A stretch of 64,000 bases of DNA from Octopus sinensis (taxonomy: Eukaryota), in assembly GCF_006345805.1 (NCBI RefSeq), contig NC_043001.1:118482001-118546000 (forward strand), given 5' to 3'. The translations under genes and the position numbers were made by a program. Of this stretch, positions 26,236 through 39,590 are shown one piece after another. Below the pieces are notes generated by a model that did no database searches, was not told where the DNA came from, and saw nothing but the letters and a program-made list of their open reading frames with translations. Position 1 is the stretch's first letter; each line of letters starts with the position of its first letter.

Positions 26236-29200
26236 AAGGCTAATAGTTAGGGTGTTTTGGCTCACGATCACAAGGCTAATAGTTAGGGTGTTTCGGCTCA
26301 CGATCATAAGGCTAATAGTTAGGGTGTTTTGGCTCACGATCACAAGGCTAATAGTTAGGGTGTTTTGGCTCACGATCATAAGGCTAATAGTTAGGGTGTT
26401 TTGGCTCACGATCATAAGGCTAATAGTTAGGGTGTTTTGGCTCACGATCATAAGGCTAATAGTTAGGGTGTTTTGGCTCACGATCATAAGGCTAATAGTT
26501 AGGGTGTTTTGGCTCACGATCACAAGGCTAATAGTTAGGGTGTTTTGGCTCACGATCATAAGGCTAATAGTTAGGGGTTTTGGCTCACGATCATAGGCTA
26601 ATAGTTAGGGGTTTTGGCTCACGATCATAAGGCTAATAGTTAGGGTGTTGGCTCACGATCATAAGGCTAATAGTTAGGTGTTTTGGCTCACGATCACAAG
26701 GCTAATAGTTAGGGTGTTTGGCTCACGATCACAAGGCTAATAGTTAGGTGTTTTGGCTCACGATCACAAGGCTAATAGTTAGGGTGTTTTGGCTCACGAT
26801 CACAAGGCTCAATAGTTAGGGGTTTTTGGCTCACGATCACAAGGCTAATAGTTAGGGTGTTTGGCTCACGATCATAAGGCTAATAGTTAGGGTTGTTTGG
26901 CTCACGATCATAAGGCTAATAGTTAGGGTGTTTCGGCTCAAGATCATAAGGCTAATAGTAGGGTGTTCGCTCACGATCATAAGCTAATAGTTAGGGTGTT
27001 TTGGCTCACGATCACAAGGCTAATAGTTAGGGTGTTTTGGCTCACGATCACAAGGCTAATAGTTAGGGTGTTTTGGCTCACGATCACAAGGCTAATAGTT
27101 AGGGTGTTTGGCTCACGATCACAAGGCTAATAGTTAGGGTGTTTTGGCTCACGATCACAAGGCTAATAGTTAGGGTGTTTTGGCACGATCACAAGGCTAA
27201 TAGTTAGGGTTGTTTTGGCTCACGATCACAAGGCTAATAGTTAGGGTGTTTTGGCTCACGATCACAAGGCTAATAGTTAGGGTGTTTGGCTCACGATCAC
27301 AAGGCTAATAGTTAGGGTGTTGGCTCACGATCACAAGGCTAATAGTTAGGGTGTTTTGGCTCACGATCACAAGGCTAATAGTTAGGGTGTTTGGCTCACG
27401 ATCACAAGGCTAATAGTTAGGGTGTTTGGCTCACGATCACAAGGCTAATAGTTAGGGTGTTTTGGCTCACGATCACAAGGCTAATAGTTAGGGTGTTTGG
27501 CTCACGATCACAAGGCTAATAGTTAGGGGTTTTGGCTCACGATCACAAGGCTATATAGTTAGGGTGTTTTGGCTCACGATCATAGGCTAATAGTTAGGGT
27601 GTTTGGCTCACGATCACAAGGCTAATAGTTAGGGTGTTTTGGCTCACGATCACAAGGCTAATAGTTAGGGTGTTTTGGCTCACGATCACAAGGCTAATAG
27701 TTAGGGTGTTTTTGGCTCACGATCACAAGGCTAATAGTTAGGGTGTTTTGGCTCACGATCACAAGGCTAATAGTTAGGGTGTTTGGCTCACGATCACAAG
27801 GCAATAGTTAGGGTGTTTTGGCTCACGATCATAAGGCTAATAGTTAGGGTGTTTTGGCTCACGATCACAAGGCTAATAGTAGGGTGTTTGGCTCACGATC
27901 ATAAGGCTAATAGTTAGGTGTTTTGGCTCACGATCATAAGGCTAATAGTTAGGGTGTTTTGGCTCACGATCATAAGGCAATTTAGGGTGTTTTGGCTCAC
28001 ATCATAAGTATTAGGGTGTTTTGGCTCACGATCACAAGCTAATAGTTAGGGTTTTTGGCTCACGATCACAAGTTAGTTAGGTGTTTTGGCTCACGATCAC
28101 AAGGCTAATAGTTAGGGTGTTTTGGCTCACGATCACAAGGCTAATAGTTAGGGTGTTTTGGCTCACGATCATAAGGCTAATAGTTAGGGTGTTTTGGCTC
28201 ACGATCATAAGGCTAATAGTTAGGGTGTTTTGGCTCACGATCATAAGGCTAATAGTTAGGGTGTTCGGCTCAAGATCATAAGGCTAGTTTTTTCGGCTCA
28301 CGATCATAAGGCTAATAGTTAGGGTGTTTTGGCTCACGATCATAAGGCTAATAGTTAGGGTGTTTTGGCTCACGATCACAAGGCTAATAGTTAGGGTGTT
28401 TTGGCTCACGATCACAAGGCTAATAGTTAGGGTGTTTTGGCTCACGATCACAAGGCTATAGTTAGGGTGTTTTGGCTCACGATCACAAGGCTAATAGTTA
28501 GGGTGTTTTGCTCACGATCACAAGCTAATAGTTAGGGTGTTTTGGCTCACGATCACAAGGCTAATAGTTAGGGTGTTCTCACATCACAAGGCTAATAGTT
28601 AGGTGTTTTTGCTCACATCACAAGGCTAATAGTTAGGGTGTTTTGGCTCACGATCCAAGGCTAATAGTTAGGGTGTTTTGGCTCACGATCACAAGGCTAA
28701 TAGTTAGGGTGTTTTGGCTCACGATCACAAGGCTAATAGTTAGGGTGTTTTGGCTCACGATCACAAGGCTAATAGTTAGGGTGTTTTGGCTCACGATCAC
28801 AAGGCTAATAGTTAGGGTGTTTTGGGCTAATAGTTAGGGGTTTTTGGCTCACGATCACAAGGCTAATAGTTAGGGTGTTTTGGCTCACGATCATAAGGCT
28901 AATAGTTAGGTGTTTTGGCTCACGATCACAAGGCTAATAGTTAGGGGTTTTGGCTCACGATCACAGGCTAATAGTTAGGTTTTTTGGCTCACGATCACAA
29001 GGCTAATAGTTAGGGGTTTTGTGGCTCACGATCACAAGGCTAATAGTTAGGGTGTTTTGGCTCACGATCACAAGGCTAATAGTTAGGGTGTTTTGCTCAC
29101 GATCACAGGCAATAGTTAGGGTGTTTTGGCTCACGATCACAAGGCTAATAGTTAGGGTGTTTTTCTCACGATCACAAGGCTAATAGTTAGGGTTTTTCGG

Positions 29201-31764
29201 CTCACGATCATAAGGCTAATAGTTAGGTGTGTTCGGCTCACGATCACAAGGCTAATAGTTAGGGTGTTTTGGCTCACGATCACAAGGCTAATAGTTAGGG
29301 TGTTTTGGCTCACGATCACAAGGCTATAGTTAGGGTGTTTCGGCTCACGATCACAAGGCTAATAGTTAGGGTGTTTTCGCTCACGATCACAAGGCTAATA
29401 GTTAGGGTGTTGGCTCACGATCACAAGGCTAATATTGGGTGTTTTGGCTCACGATCACAAGGCTAATAGTTAGGGTGTTTTGGCTCACGATCACAAGCTA
29501 AGTTAGGGTGGTTTTTGGGCACGATCACAAGGCTAATAGTTAGGGTGTTTTTGGCTCACGATCACAAGGCTAATAGTTAGGGTGTTTTGGCTCACGATCA
29601 CAAGGCTATAGTTAGGGTGTTTTGGCTCACGATCACAAGGCTAATAGTTAGGGTGTTTGGCTCACATCACAAGGCTATAGTTAGGTTGTTTTGGCTCACG
29701 ATCACAAGGCTAATAGTTAGGGTTGTTTTGGCTCACGATCACAAGGCTAATAGTTAGGGTGTTTTTGGCTCACGTCACAAGGCTAATATTAGGGTGTTTT
29801 GGCTCACGATCATAAGGCTAATAGTTAGGTGTTTTGGCTCACTATATAAGGCTCATAGTAGGTGTGCTCACGATCATAAGGCTAATATTAGGGTGGTTGG
29901 CTCACGATCACAAGCTAATAGTTAGGGGTTTTGGCTACGATCACAAGGCTAATAGTTAGGGTGTTTTGCTCACGATACAAGGCTAATAGTTAGGGTGTTT
30001 TGGCTCACGATCACCCAAAAACGGCTAATAGTGGGGGTGTTTTGCTACGATCAAAAGGCTAATAGTGGGTGTTTGTTCTCACGATCTAGGCTAATAGTTA
30101 GGGTGTTTTGGTCAGATCATAAGGCTAATAGTTAGGGGTTTTGCTCATCATAAGGCTTAATTAGAGTGTTTCGGCTCACAGATCATAAGGCTAATAGTTA
30201 GGGTGTTTGGCTCACGATCACAGGCTAATAGTTAGGGTGTTTTGGCTCACGATCACAAGGCTATAGTTAGGGTGTTTTGGCTCACGATCACAGGCTAATA
30301 GTTAGGTGTGTTTTGGCTCGATCACAAGGCTAATAGTTAGGTGTTTTGGCTCACGATCACAAGGCTAATAGTTAGGGTTTTTGGCTCACGATCACAAGGC
30401 TAATAGTTAGGGTGTTTTGGCTCACGATCACAAGGCTATAGTTAGGGTGTTTTGGCTCACGATCCAAGGCTTAGTTAGGGTGTTTTGGCTCAACGATCAC
30501 AAGGCTAATAGTTAGGGTGTTTTGGCTCACGATCACAAGGCTAATAGTTAGGGTGTTTTGGCTCACGATCACAAGGCTAATAGTTAGGGTGTTTTGGCTC
30601 ACGATCACAAGGCTATAGTTAGGGTGTTTTGGCTCACGATCACAAGGCTAATAGTTAGGGTGTTTTGGCTCACGATCACAAGGCTAATAGTTAGGGTGTT
30701 TTGGCTCACGATCAAAGGCTAATAGTTAGGGTGTTTTGGCTCACGATCACAAGGCTAATAGTTAGGGTGTTTTTGGCTCACGATCAAAGGCTAATAGTTA
30801 GGGTGTTTTGGCTCACGATCACAAGGCTAATAGTTAGGTGTTTTGGCTCACGATCACAAGGCTAATAGTTAGGGTGTTTGGCTCACGATCACAAGGCTAT
30901 AGTTAGGGTGTTTTGGCTCACGATCACAAGGCTAATAGTTAGGGTGTTTTTGGCTCACGATCACAAGGCTAATAGTTAGGGTGTTTTTGGCTCACGATCA
31001 CAAGGCTAATAGTTAGGGTGTTTTGGCTCACGATCACAAGGCTAATAGTTAGGGTGTTTTGGCTCACGATCACAAGGCTAATAGTTAGGGTTTTCGGCTC
31101 AAGATCATAAGGCTAATAGTTAGGGTTGTTTCGGCTCACGATCATAAGGCTAATAGTTAGGGTGTTTCGGCTCACGATCATAAGGCTAATAGTTAGGGTG
31201 TTTCGGCTCACGATCACAAGGCTAATAGTTAGGGTGTTTCGGCTCACGATCACAAGGCTAATAGTTAGGGTGTTTCGGCTCACGATCACAAGGCTAATAG
31301 TTAGGGTGTTTCGGCTCACGATCACAAGGCTAATAGTTAGGGTGTTTTGGCTCACGATCACAAGGCTAATAGTTAGGGTGTTTTGGCTCACGATCACAAG
31401 GCTAATAGTTAGGGTGTTTTGGCTCACGATCACAAGGCTAATAGTTAGGGTGTTTTGGCTCACGATCACAAGGCTAATAGTTAGGGTGTTTTGGCTCACG
31501 ATCACAAGGCTAATAGTTAGGGTGTTTTGGCTCACGATCACAAGGCTAATAGTTAGGGTGTTTTGGCTCACGATCACAAGGCTAATAGTTAGGGTTTTTT
31601 GGCTCACGATCACAAGGCTAATAGTTAGGGTGTTTTTGGCTCACGATCACAAGGCTAATAGTTAGGGTGTTTTGGCTCACGATCACAAGGCTAATAGTTA
31701 GGGTGTTTTGGCTCACGATCACAAGGCTAATAGTTAGGGTGTTTTGGCTCACGATCATAAGGCT
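26236..31764 (+). repeat. 36-bp satellite, ~150 copies
   Basis: Unit AAGGCTAATAGTTAGGGTGTTT(T/C)GGCTCACGATCA(C/T), containing one TTAGGG per unit. Confidence 0.98.
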
Positions 31765-32168
31765 GTGGGTTGAAATCTTGGATCAAGCAGCACATTGTGT
31801 TCTTGTGCAAAGTTCTTCACGTTGCTGCAGTCAGTCTGCTTAGCTCCCAAATGATTACCAGCTGAGTGGTCGTTTGGCTCCCTTTCCTTCCAGCTATTGC
31901 ACATCATAGGGGTATTGCTAGGTTCAGAGGATAGGAGTAGTTGAGAGGGTGTTTGTCTGCTGACAACTACATAGGGACCCTAACATAATTAGTAAACTGT
32001 ACATTTTACAAAGCCATTCTCATTCACAGGTGACAGTTGAGTCTTTATTATTTTACTCAGGAAACAGATAAGGGTAAGCCACAAAGAATGAGTTTGGTTA
32101 TAAAACAGTGCCTGTATATGTAGTTAGCATATTAGCATAGAAAATGGATGTAAACTGAATGAATACAC

Positions 32169-32214
<46 letters not shown>

Positions 32215-32638
32215 CCACCCACACCCATACCCATACACAACTGTGGATGAGATGAACATTCTTATTTCATAATGGCTGCAGGCATTGTATGGTTAAGAAG
32301 TTTGCTTTGTAACAAAACAATTTCAGGTTCAATCCCACAGTGTGGCAATCTTGAACAAGTTCTCTCATATCAGCAGATTGACTTGTACTTTGTGAGTGGC
32401 ATGAGAACACTCGGTACCTGTGGCAACCAATCTTTTGTGTATGCATAAATACACACACACACACACACACACACACACCCCCCCTACTTAATATGGATAT
32501 TTTGTTAGACCACTGAATACTGTGGTACTTAACTTGAGAGACCTCTCAAGATAAATACTACTGTATTCTACATTCTAACAAAACATCCTTGTGCTGGATA
32601 TAAAAATTTCCTTTTGGTATTAATACTGCCTCTGTTGA

Positions 32639-32670
<32 letters not shown>

Positions 32671-32674
<4 letters not shown>

Positions 32675-32830
32675 GGAGTGGCTGTGTGGTAAATAGCTTG
32701 TCTACCAACCACATGGTTCCGGGTTCAGTCCCACTGCGTGGCACCTTGGGCAAGTGTCTTCTACTATAGCCTCGGGCTGACCAAAGCCTTGTGAGTGGAT
32801 TTGGTAGATGGAAACTGAAAGAAGCCCGTC

Positions 32831-32891
<61 letters not shown>

Positions 32892-33095
32892 GCGTGTGTG
32901 TGTCTGTGTTTGTCCCCTAGCATTGCTTGACAACCGATGCTGGTGTGTTTATGTCCCCGTTACTTAGTGGTTCGGCAAAAGAGACCGATAGAATAAGTAC
33001 TGGGCTTACAAAAGAATAAGTCCCGGGGTCGAGTTGCTCGATTAAATGCGGTGTTCCAGCATGGCCGCAGTCAAATGACTGAAACAAGTAAAAGA

Positions 33096-33097
<2 letters not shown>
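32671..33097 (+). mobile_element. tRNA-derived SINE with internal (TA)n/(TG)n microsatellite
   Basis: A-box-like tggctgtgtgg, B-box-like gggttcagtccc, caccttgggcaagtgtc core, tail gactgaaacaagtaaaagag. Degenerate relatives near 17085, 32275, 40155 and 55870. Confidence 0.85.
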
Positions 33098-33130
<33 letters not shown>

Positions 33131-34042
33131 CACACACACACACACACACATATACATAAATATCACATAAAGTGGATCAGTGGGATCTATGCAATTACCA
33201 CAGTCAGCACACTTATGAATTCTCAGTTAACAGGATGTAGAGAAGAGGAAAAATAATCCAGTAAGTGCTAAGTATTCCATGCAAATTGAACATGTAGGAA
33301 TTTTGATCAGTTGTAGAGTACAAGACAAAGCAAATGAAGGAATAAAGTTATTGGTATCACATTAACCAGTTATGATTGTTTCAGTAACAGTTGGAGTAAG
33401 AAGTCATTCATCATGCTGGAATGAAAATAAACAATAATTGTGTGGGTCCATGTAATATTAAATGAAACCCAACCTGACGTTTCATCAAAGCCTTTAAACA
33501 ATGTAATATGTTTGCACATGAATAGATATGGTTACAAATACAATCAAAGGGAGGGGCTTCTGTAGTTATAAAGTAACCATATTAACATGCCTACTGAAAG
33601 ACATAGAATAAAGGGTTGAACAGACAAAGGCATATATATATTTCTTGATAAAATTTTGTTGCCAAGCTCAATAGGTTAGGCAAGATAAAAGATGGATAAT
33701 TTAGTAGGTTGTCTGAGCAAGGAAGAATGTATTCAAATTTGGGTCAATAAATACAATGATATTCACAGGCCTTTATTAGGGGGAGTAACATCTAAGAAAC
33801 AAGAATGAGAGAAAAGGAGATAGAAACAAATGCAAGAAAAGGGTCATGAAGAATAGAAAGAAGAGAATCATAGTCAAAATGTTATAGTAAAATAAAATAA
33901 TGAAATTAACTCAACATTCTGATTCAGCAAAAAGTTTTACAAGAAATTAAAAAATTGAAATTGGAAACATTGGTAAGTGGATGATTAATATCCCAGAAAG
34001 TTGTTAATACCTTTACAAAGGATAAAAGGGATGTAGAACTGT

Positions 34043-34707
34043 ATAATAATAATAATAATAATAATTGTGTACAGTGCTCAGGTGCACTACAACTCATCTA
34101 AAGTGTATATATAATCAGGTGTAGTTTCGGTGGATTTCGGAAAGCATGAGGGCCTTAAAAGATGCAGTGTCATGGCAGTCAACAACTGACGCAGGCAGTT
34201 TATTCCATGCTTCAGCAACTCTGAGCGTGAAAAAATGTTTCCGAAAGTCATGGGAGCTGTATTGTTTTCTGACTTTGTAGGCATGTCCACGTGTGTTAGA
34301 CACATGGAGATCAAAAAGGTGTTCAGTGTTGTTGTTGGTGAGGTGGTTGATAACTTTGTAGGTGTTTACCAAGTCCGTCGCCAAACGCCGGAGCTTCAGT
34401 GAATCCATGCCCAGGGAAACAAGGCGCTCAGAATATGGTAGGTGTCTGATGGAGGGTATGCGTTTGGTTGCACGTCTCTGGACAGATTCCAGGAGGTCAA
34501 TGTTCTGTGCAAGATAGGGGTTCCAAACTGATGATGCGAATTCCAAGTGTGGTCGTACCATAGCTGTATACAGTTTTAAATAGATGGCTGGAGAGCGGCT
34601 AACAAAAGACCTGCTGAGTGATGCCAAGACACCCTCGGCCTTCCTGACAATCTTAGAGATATGCTTTGACCAACGCAAATCACTGCTGACAGTGATGCCT
34701 AGGTCAC
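34043..34707 (-). mobile_element. CR1/L2-like LINE 3' portion
   Basis: Open frame DLGITVSSDLRWSKHI...LYTAMVRPHLEFASSVWNPY...WNKLP, (ATT)n tail. Near-identical to the copies at 19647 and 47771. Confidence 0.92.
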
Positions 34708-37064
34708 ATGTGTGGAGAGATGAGAGTATAATGATAGTAACAGTGGAACTGAAATGCAATTGCTAGAAATGTTCAGTTTTATAATTTCCTATGATAAATA
34801 AGTTAGATAAATGGAATTTTCAAAAGAATTTTTAATGTGTGTAGAAGCAAGAAACTGAAAAACTAGTGACTAGATGCAGTGGATTAACGACTGACTAATT
34901 AGCAATATGTAACTAACAACAATATTGTTCATAAATTGCAATATAAAAAAAAAAAAAAGAATTCAGAGAATTCTTTGTATATTTGTGTAGAGTTAGATCA
35001 GATGATCTGAGACTGGGAATCTTATATATTTCCAGTTACTCCATTGGGAACTAATTCTGCCTGTTATCAGTTGAGTAAGTTATGTGCCTACTCTAATGAT
35101 ATAGCACAATAACTGAAGCTAGGATTGAACCCAAGTCCAAGTGATCAGTAATTTAGTACCTCAGTCTTACAGTCAATACTTACAGTAGTCTAAATTTGCA
35201 AGCTGCAATAGTATGTTAAAACAACCTGCGTATACCAGCGTGTGTATGTGTAATGTAATATTTAGTGTTATTAATTAGTATAGATCATAAACATTTACTG
35301 ATTGTGGAGCTCTGTACTGGTAACAGAGTTGAGATTGTCATACAAGTTTCATCTAAAAGCTTATTCAACCAGAGTATTTATGCGCGCACACATACGGAGT
35401 TGTTCCAGTACTCTCATCTGAAATTGAGTACCAGTGAGTCTTGGAGGATCACCTTACTGTGGTCTGACATCCTGTTCAGAGGGAAGAAATGATCTTGTAC
35501 TCCAGGCCAAAATGTCTTGAAAACCTAGATAAGCGCAGCCTCATCGTCCGGCTTCAGGGAGATAACTCTGTATTGTTTCGATTTTAGCTCTCAAATATGA
35601 CTTGCTACGGTTTCCATCCAATATTGGTGAAAGGTTTGAGGGAGAAAAGCAACATTAAGTCGTGTGTCGATATCTCATGTTCAACTTTGATATTTTCGTT
35701 TTTCAAGCAATAACATTTTTATAATTCTGTATGATTTTGTTGATTTTTCTTTTCATTTATTAAACAAACTTACGTTTATGGGTTTTTTATAGTTATTCCA
35801 GTTTTTGTTCTTTTTTTGTCGTTTTATTTGCTATATATATTTTTAGTTTACAGGCAAGGGTGTATGGTTAGGAAATTCACTTCATATGGCCCCGTTGTGT
35901 ATCATCTTTGGCATTCTACCCTAGCAATTGACTGATTAATGCATTGTGAGCAAAACTGGCTCATGGAAATTGTGTGGCTTATTTTGTGAATGTGTGTTTG
36001 TGCTTGTATAGGTATGTCTCTGTGTTTGCCTCAATGCTGGCATTACTTGAAAAAAAAAAGTGTTCTATGATTGTCCTGTAATTTAATGCAACAAATAGAG
36101 ATTACTAACATAAGTGCCTGACTTAAAAATAAGTAGGGCCTCCATCAGTAAAGATTGATCATACAACTGCACATGAATGCATAGGCCTGGGTGAAATTTT
36201 TTCAGGAAGACTGGCTTCTCCTCATCATGATACCAAAGCCTTTCAAAGAAAAGGCCCTTTGACTTGAGCTGAAAAGGTTTGGCACCAGTGTTGTCATAGC
36301 TACAAGTAGCCTAAATAGATTCTACAAGGCTTAACCTTCTGACAGTTCAGTCAGTCCACTATCCTAGACTGATACTTTGTCTCTGAAAGGATCAAAGGCA
36401 AAGTTGACTTCGGCAGTATTTGAACTCAGAGTGCCCGGTGTCTGAACAAATTCTGTGTGACATTTTGCCAAACCCTCAAGTGAATATTTTAATTTACTTT
36501 TTTAAGAATGAGTACTGGTGCCAATATAACAGAGAGTCTATAAAACCCTTCAAGGTGGCACCCTAGCATGGCTGCAGTCCAATAGCAGTGTCATTGGTTG
36601 TAGGTTCCCAATGGAATGGTGAATGATCCACTGCATTTTTAATGGTAAAAATGTCAAGAGACTCTGTACACCTGAAGCAAAACAAATATCATTGGGTTTT
36701 TAGTTTAAAAGTACTGATCTATTAGATTTATCTTTACACCTTGGTTTGCATTTTTACATCTTTCACCATTATACATTAGCAAAACACATGTGCACACGCA
36801 CACACATACATACATTGTCATCATAGTCTTTCTCAGATCTGAGAAATGTCCTGCTTACTTCTTTTGTTTTTGTTTCATTTTCTCTATATGGGCTCCTGGG
36901 TAACAATGGTGACCCAGTTTTGAGATACAAGGACTTTTTCAGTATAAATTAATGGTGCATAAAGTAATCTACTATTCTATAACTGAGGTATCTTTTCAAG
37001 ACTTGATGAACAACAAACTGTTACAAAAATTCAGTGGTAACTCCTGTCCAACTTGAAAAATATA

Positions 37065-37458
37065 CATCATCATCATCATCATCATCATTTAGCATCTACT
37101 CTCCATGCTGGCATGGGTTCAACGGTTTGACTGGAACTGGCAAGCTGGAGAGCTATACCAGGTTCCAGTCTGATTTTGCATGGTTTCTACAGCTGGATGC
37201 CCTTCCTAGGGCTAACCATTGCAAGAGCATAGTGGGTACCTCTTACATGTCATCAACACCAGCCACAACTTGGCTTGATGAGTCTTCTCAAACACAGCAA
37301 ATCACCAAAGGTCTTGATCACATGTCATCTCCTCCATGAGACCCAACATTCACAGATCATGCTTTACCACCTTGTCTCATGTCTTCTTGGGTCTATCTCT
37401 TTCACAGGTTCCCTCCACAGAGACTGGCACTTTATGCAGCTGTCCTCGTTCATATGCA
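37065..37458 (-). mobile_element. Degenerate RTE-family 3' end
   Basis: (CAT)n on plus, followed by sequence homologous to 46095-46810. Confidence 0.75.
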
Positions 37459-38189
37459 GAATAAATAAATAAATAGAAAAATGGTCACACATTTATAGAC
37501 TGAAGTATTTCAAGACACCACGAACAAACGTGATGAGTTTTTTAATATTTTCTGCAGTTTCTCTCTATCAAATTCCATACTTGACTGAGATATTACATAG
37601 TGAGATCAAATCTAGAACTGTGTAGTTGCAAAATACTTGCTGTGGTAACATAGTCCTGCATGCACCCATTTTGTTTTCATTTTATTTCTATAGTATGTCT
37701 TTAAAGTGTACCAGAAGAGGTGGAGTACCAGGCAGGGTACCTCACAACCAGCTGAGAGGTTTTTACTAAGACATTAAACTATAAAATGGTTCCTTCTAAC
37801 CTTAATGTAATTATATGCTACAGCATTATTACAACAACAAAAAAATCAAAAATAAAGCTTTTTTTTTTGTTTTGAGAAATTCACTTTGTACTTATGTGGT
37901 TTTGAGTTAAATCTTTACTGCATGGTACTTTGTGTAAGTGTCTTTCTTCTACCACAACTTTGGATCAACCAAAAGCTTGTGACTGAAATTTAGTAAATAG
38001 AAACTAGTGTAGAAGTCTGTTGGAGGGACCATTCATTTTCTTTAGTGGTAGATTTAAACTGTTGCATCATTTAATATTACTACTTGGTCCTTGAGTGCCT
38101 TTAGTAGAGGCCTCTTAGTTCAGGACTGAGGATAATTTCTTCCCTTCAATCTGAGACCCATCCTTCCTCTAATACATCATAATACATCA

Positions 38190-38457
38190 TTTTCATGCTA
38201 AGAGTTGCTGAAGCATGGAACAAACTGCCGGCATCAGTTGTTAGTTGTCTGAGCTCTGCATCCTTCAAAACTTCCATGCTTCCTGAGATTCGCCAACACT
38301 ACACCTGATTTTCTCCCCTCCATACACACACAAGCATGTATCTGACTCATACACTGTTCGCTTTCCAGACATTTGTACATTACTGCATATACTTTATACG
38401 CATTTTTGACAAGTTGTGGTGCACCTGAGCACTGTATACAATAATTTCATTATTATA
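38190..38457 (+). mobile_element. CR1/L2-like LINE 3' end, long-UTR subfamily
   Basis: FMLRVAEAWNKLPASVVSC...EIRQHYT*, terminal gtgcacctgagcactgta, att tail. Confidence 0.85.
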
Positions 38458-38493
38458 AAAAATATTAAAAGTAAAAAAAAATGTGGTGTTTTG

Positions 38494-38652
38494 TTAGCTT
38501 GAGTATAGCTGGGTAAAATATGAACTTAGCTTGAGTATAGCTGGGTAAAATATGAACTTAGCTTGAGTATAGCTGGGTAAAATATGAACTTAGCTTGAGT
38601 ATAGCTGGGTAAAATATGAACTTAGCTTGAGTATAGCTGGGTAAAATATGAA
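38494..38652. repeat. 32-bp minisatellite, ~5 identical copies
   Basis: ttagcttgagtatagctgggtaaaatatgaac repeated five times (last copy one base short). Confidence 0.95.
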
Positions 38653-39379
38653 TGCAGATGAAAACCTCACACCCAGTGAATTGACATAACACTGTAAATT
38701 TTAAAGAGGGCTGCAACTGGTCTTGGAATTAGGGGTCTGGCCTGTCAGCTAAGGGATTATTAACTCATATCTTGTCACCATCATTGCATTCTGTCTCTGT
38801 TAAAGAGACTTAGCCTTTTAGTGAATAAAATTGTGCATTATACAAGGAAGATAGACTGAAAGAAGTGGGTTTTGTTCTCAATAACTGGAGACCTCCATTG
38901 ATTGAATTTGACCATGTATCTATATCTGTATACACAGGCCTGGGCAAGGTTTTGAGTGGAAAACTACCAGTTGCTTATTCATGCAAGTCTCCACACCACT
39001 GATGCTCAAGGAAAAAGTTACCATTTTAGGACTGATACAGCTTGGCACTAACGTTATAACTGTCAAAACACAAAGTACCGGAGAAAATACTAGTCACCAC
39101 ATTTGATGTTGTCATGTCAGTTCACCAACCTGGATCAATAATTGATTGGAGGAAAAGCAAAATTGACCTCAGCATGTTTGAAGTTATTTATAGCACAGAA
39201 TGGCGGAAGGAATACTGCCAGACACTCTATCAGATGTTTTGGCAATTCTTCCAATTCATTACCTTGGTTCTCATTAAAAACATGAATAAAATATAAGTGC
39301 ATTTTGGTTGTATTTTTGTTTGATGTTGCCATTCCTCCCACCACATACACCCCACCACCAAGGAGAAGCTATCAAGAGA

Positions 39380-39590
39380 ATATATAGATTCACTAGACGA
39401 ATAACAATTTCAAATTTTAGCACAAGGCCAGCAATTTCGAGGGAAAGGGTTAAGTAAATTACATTGACCCTAGTGCTCAACTGGTACTTATTTTATTGAC
39501 CCTAAAAGGATGAGAGGCAAAGTCGACCTTGACGGAACTTGAACTCAGATTGTAAAGACAAACAAATGCCACTAACACAGCTCACTGTCT
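39380..39590 (-). mobile_element. tRNA-derived SINE
   Basis: Reverse complement of the family at 15530 (aggcaaagtcgacc...gaacttgaactcag on plus). Confidence 0.75.

Noticed and set aside
26221-31665. ORFs of repeated RLIVRVFWLTIT / IVSQNTLTISLV
   Set aside because: Artefact of a stop-free 36-bp satellite unit. Frequent frameshifts, and the unit is explained as a SINE head.
26236-31764. Interstitial telomere or tandem tRNA gene cluster
   Set aside because: TTAGGG is never tandem, and the units lack a T arm and acceptor stem.
35380-35680. CpG-containing unique-looking stretch
   Set aside because: No sustained frame, splice signals or recognisable repeat termini.
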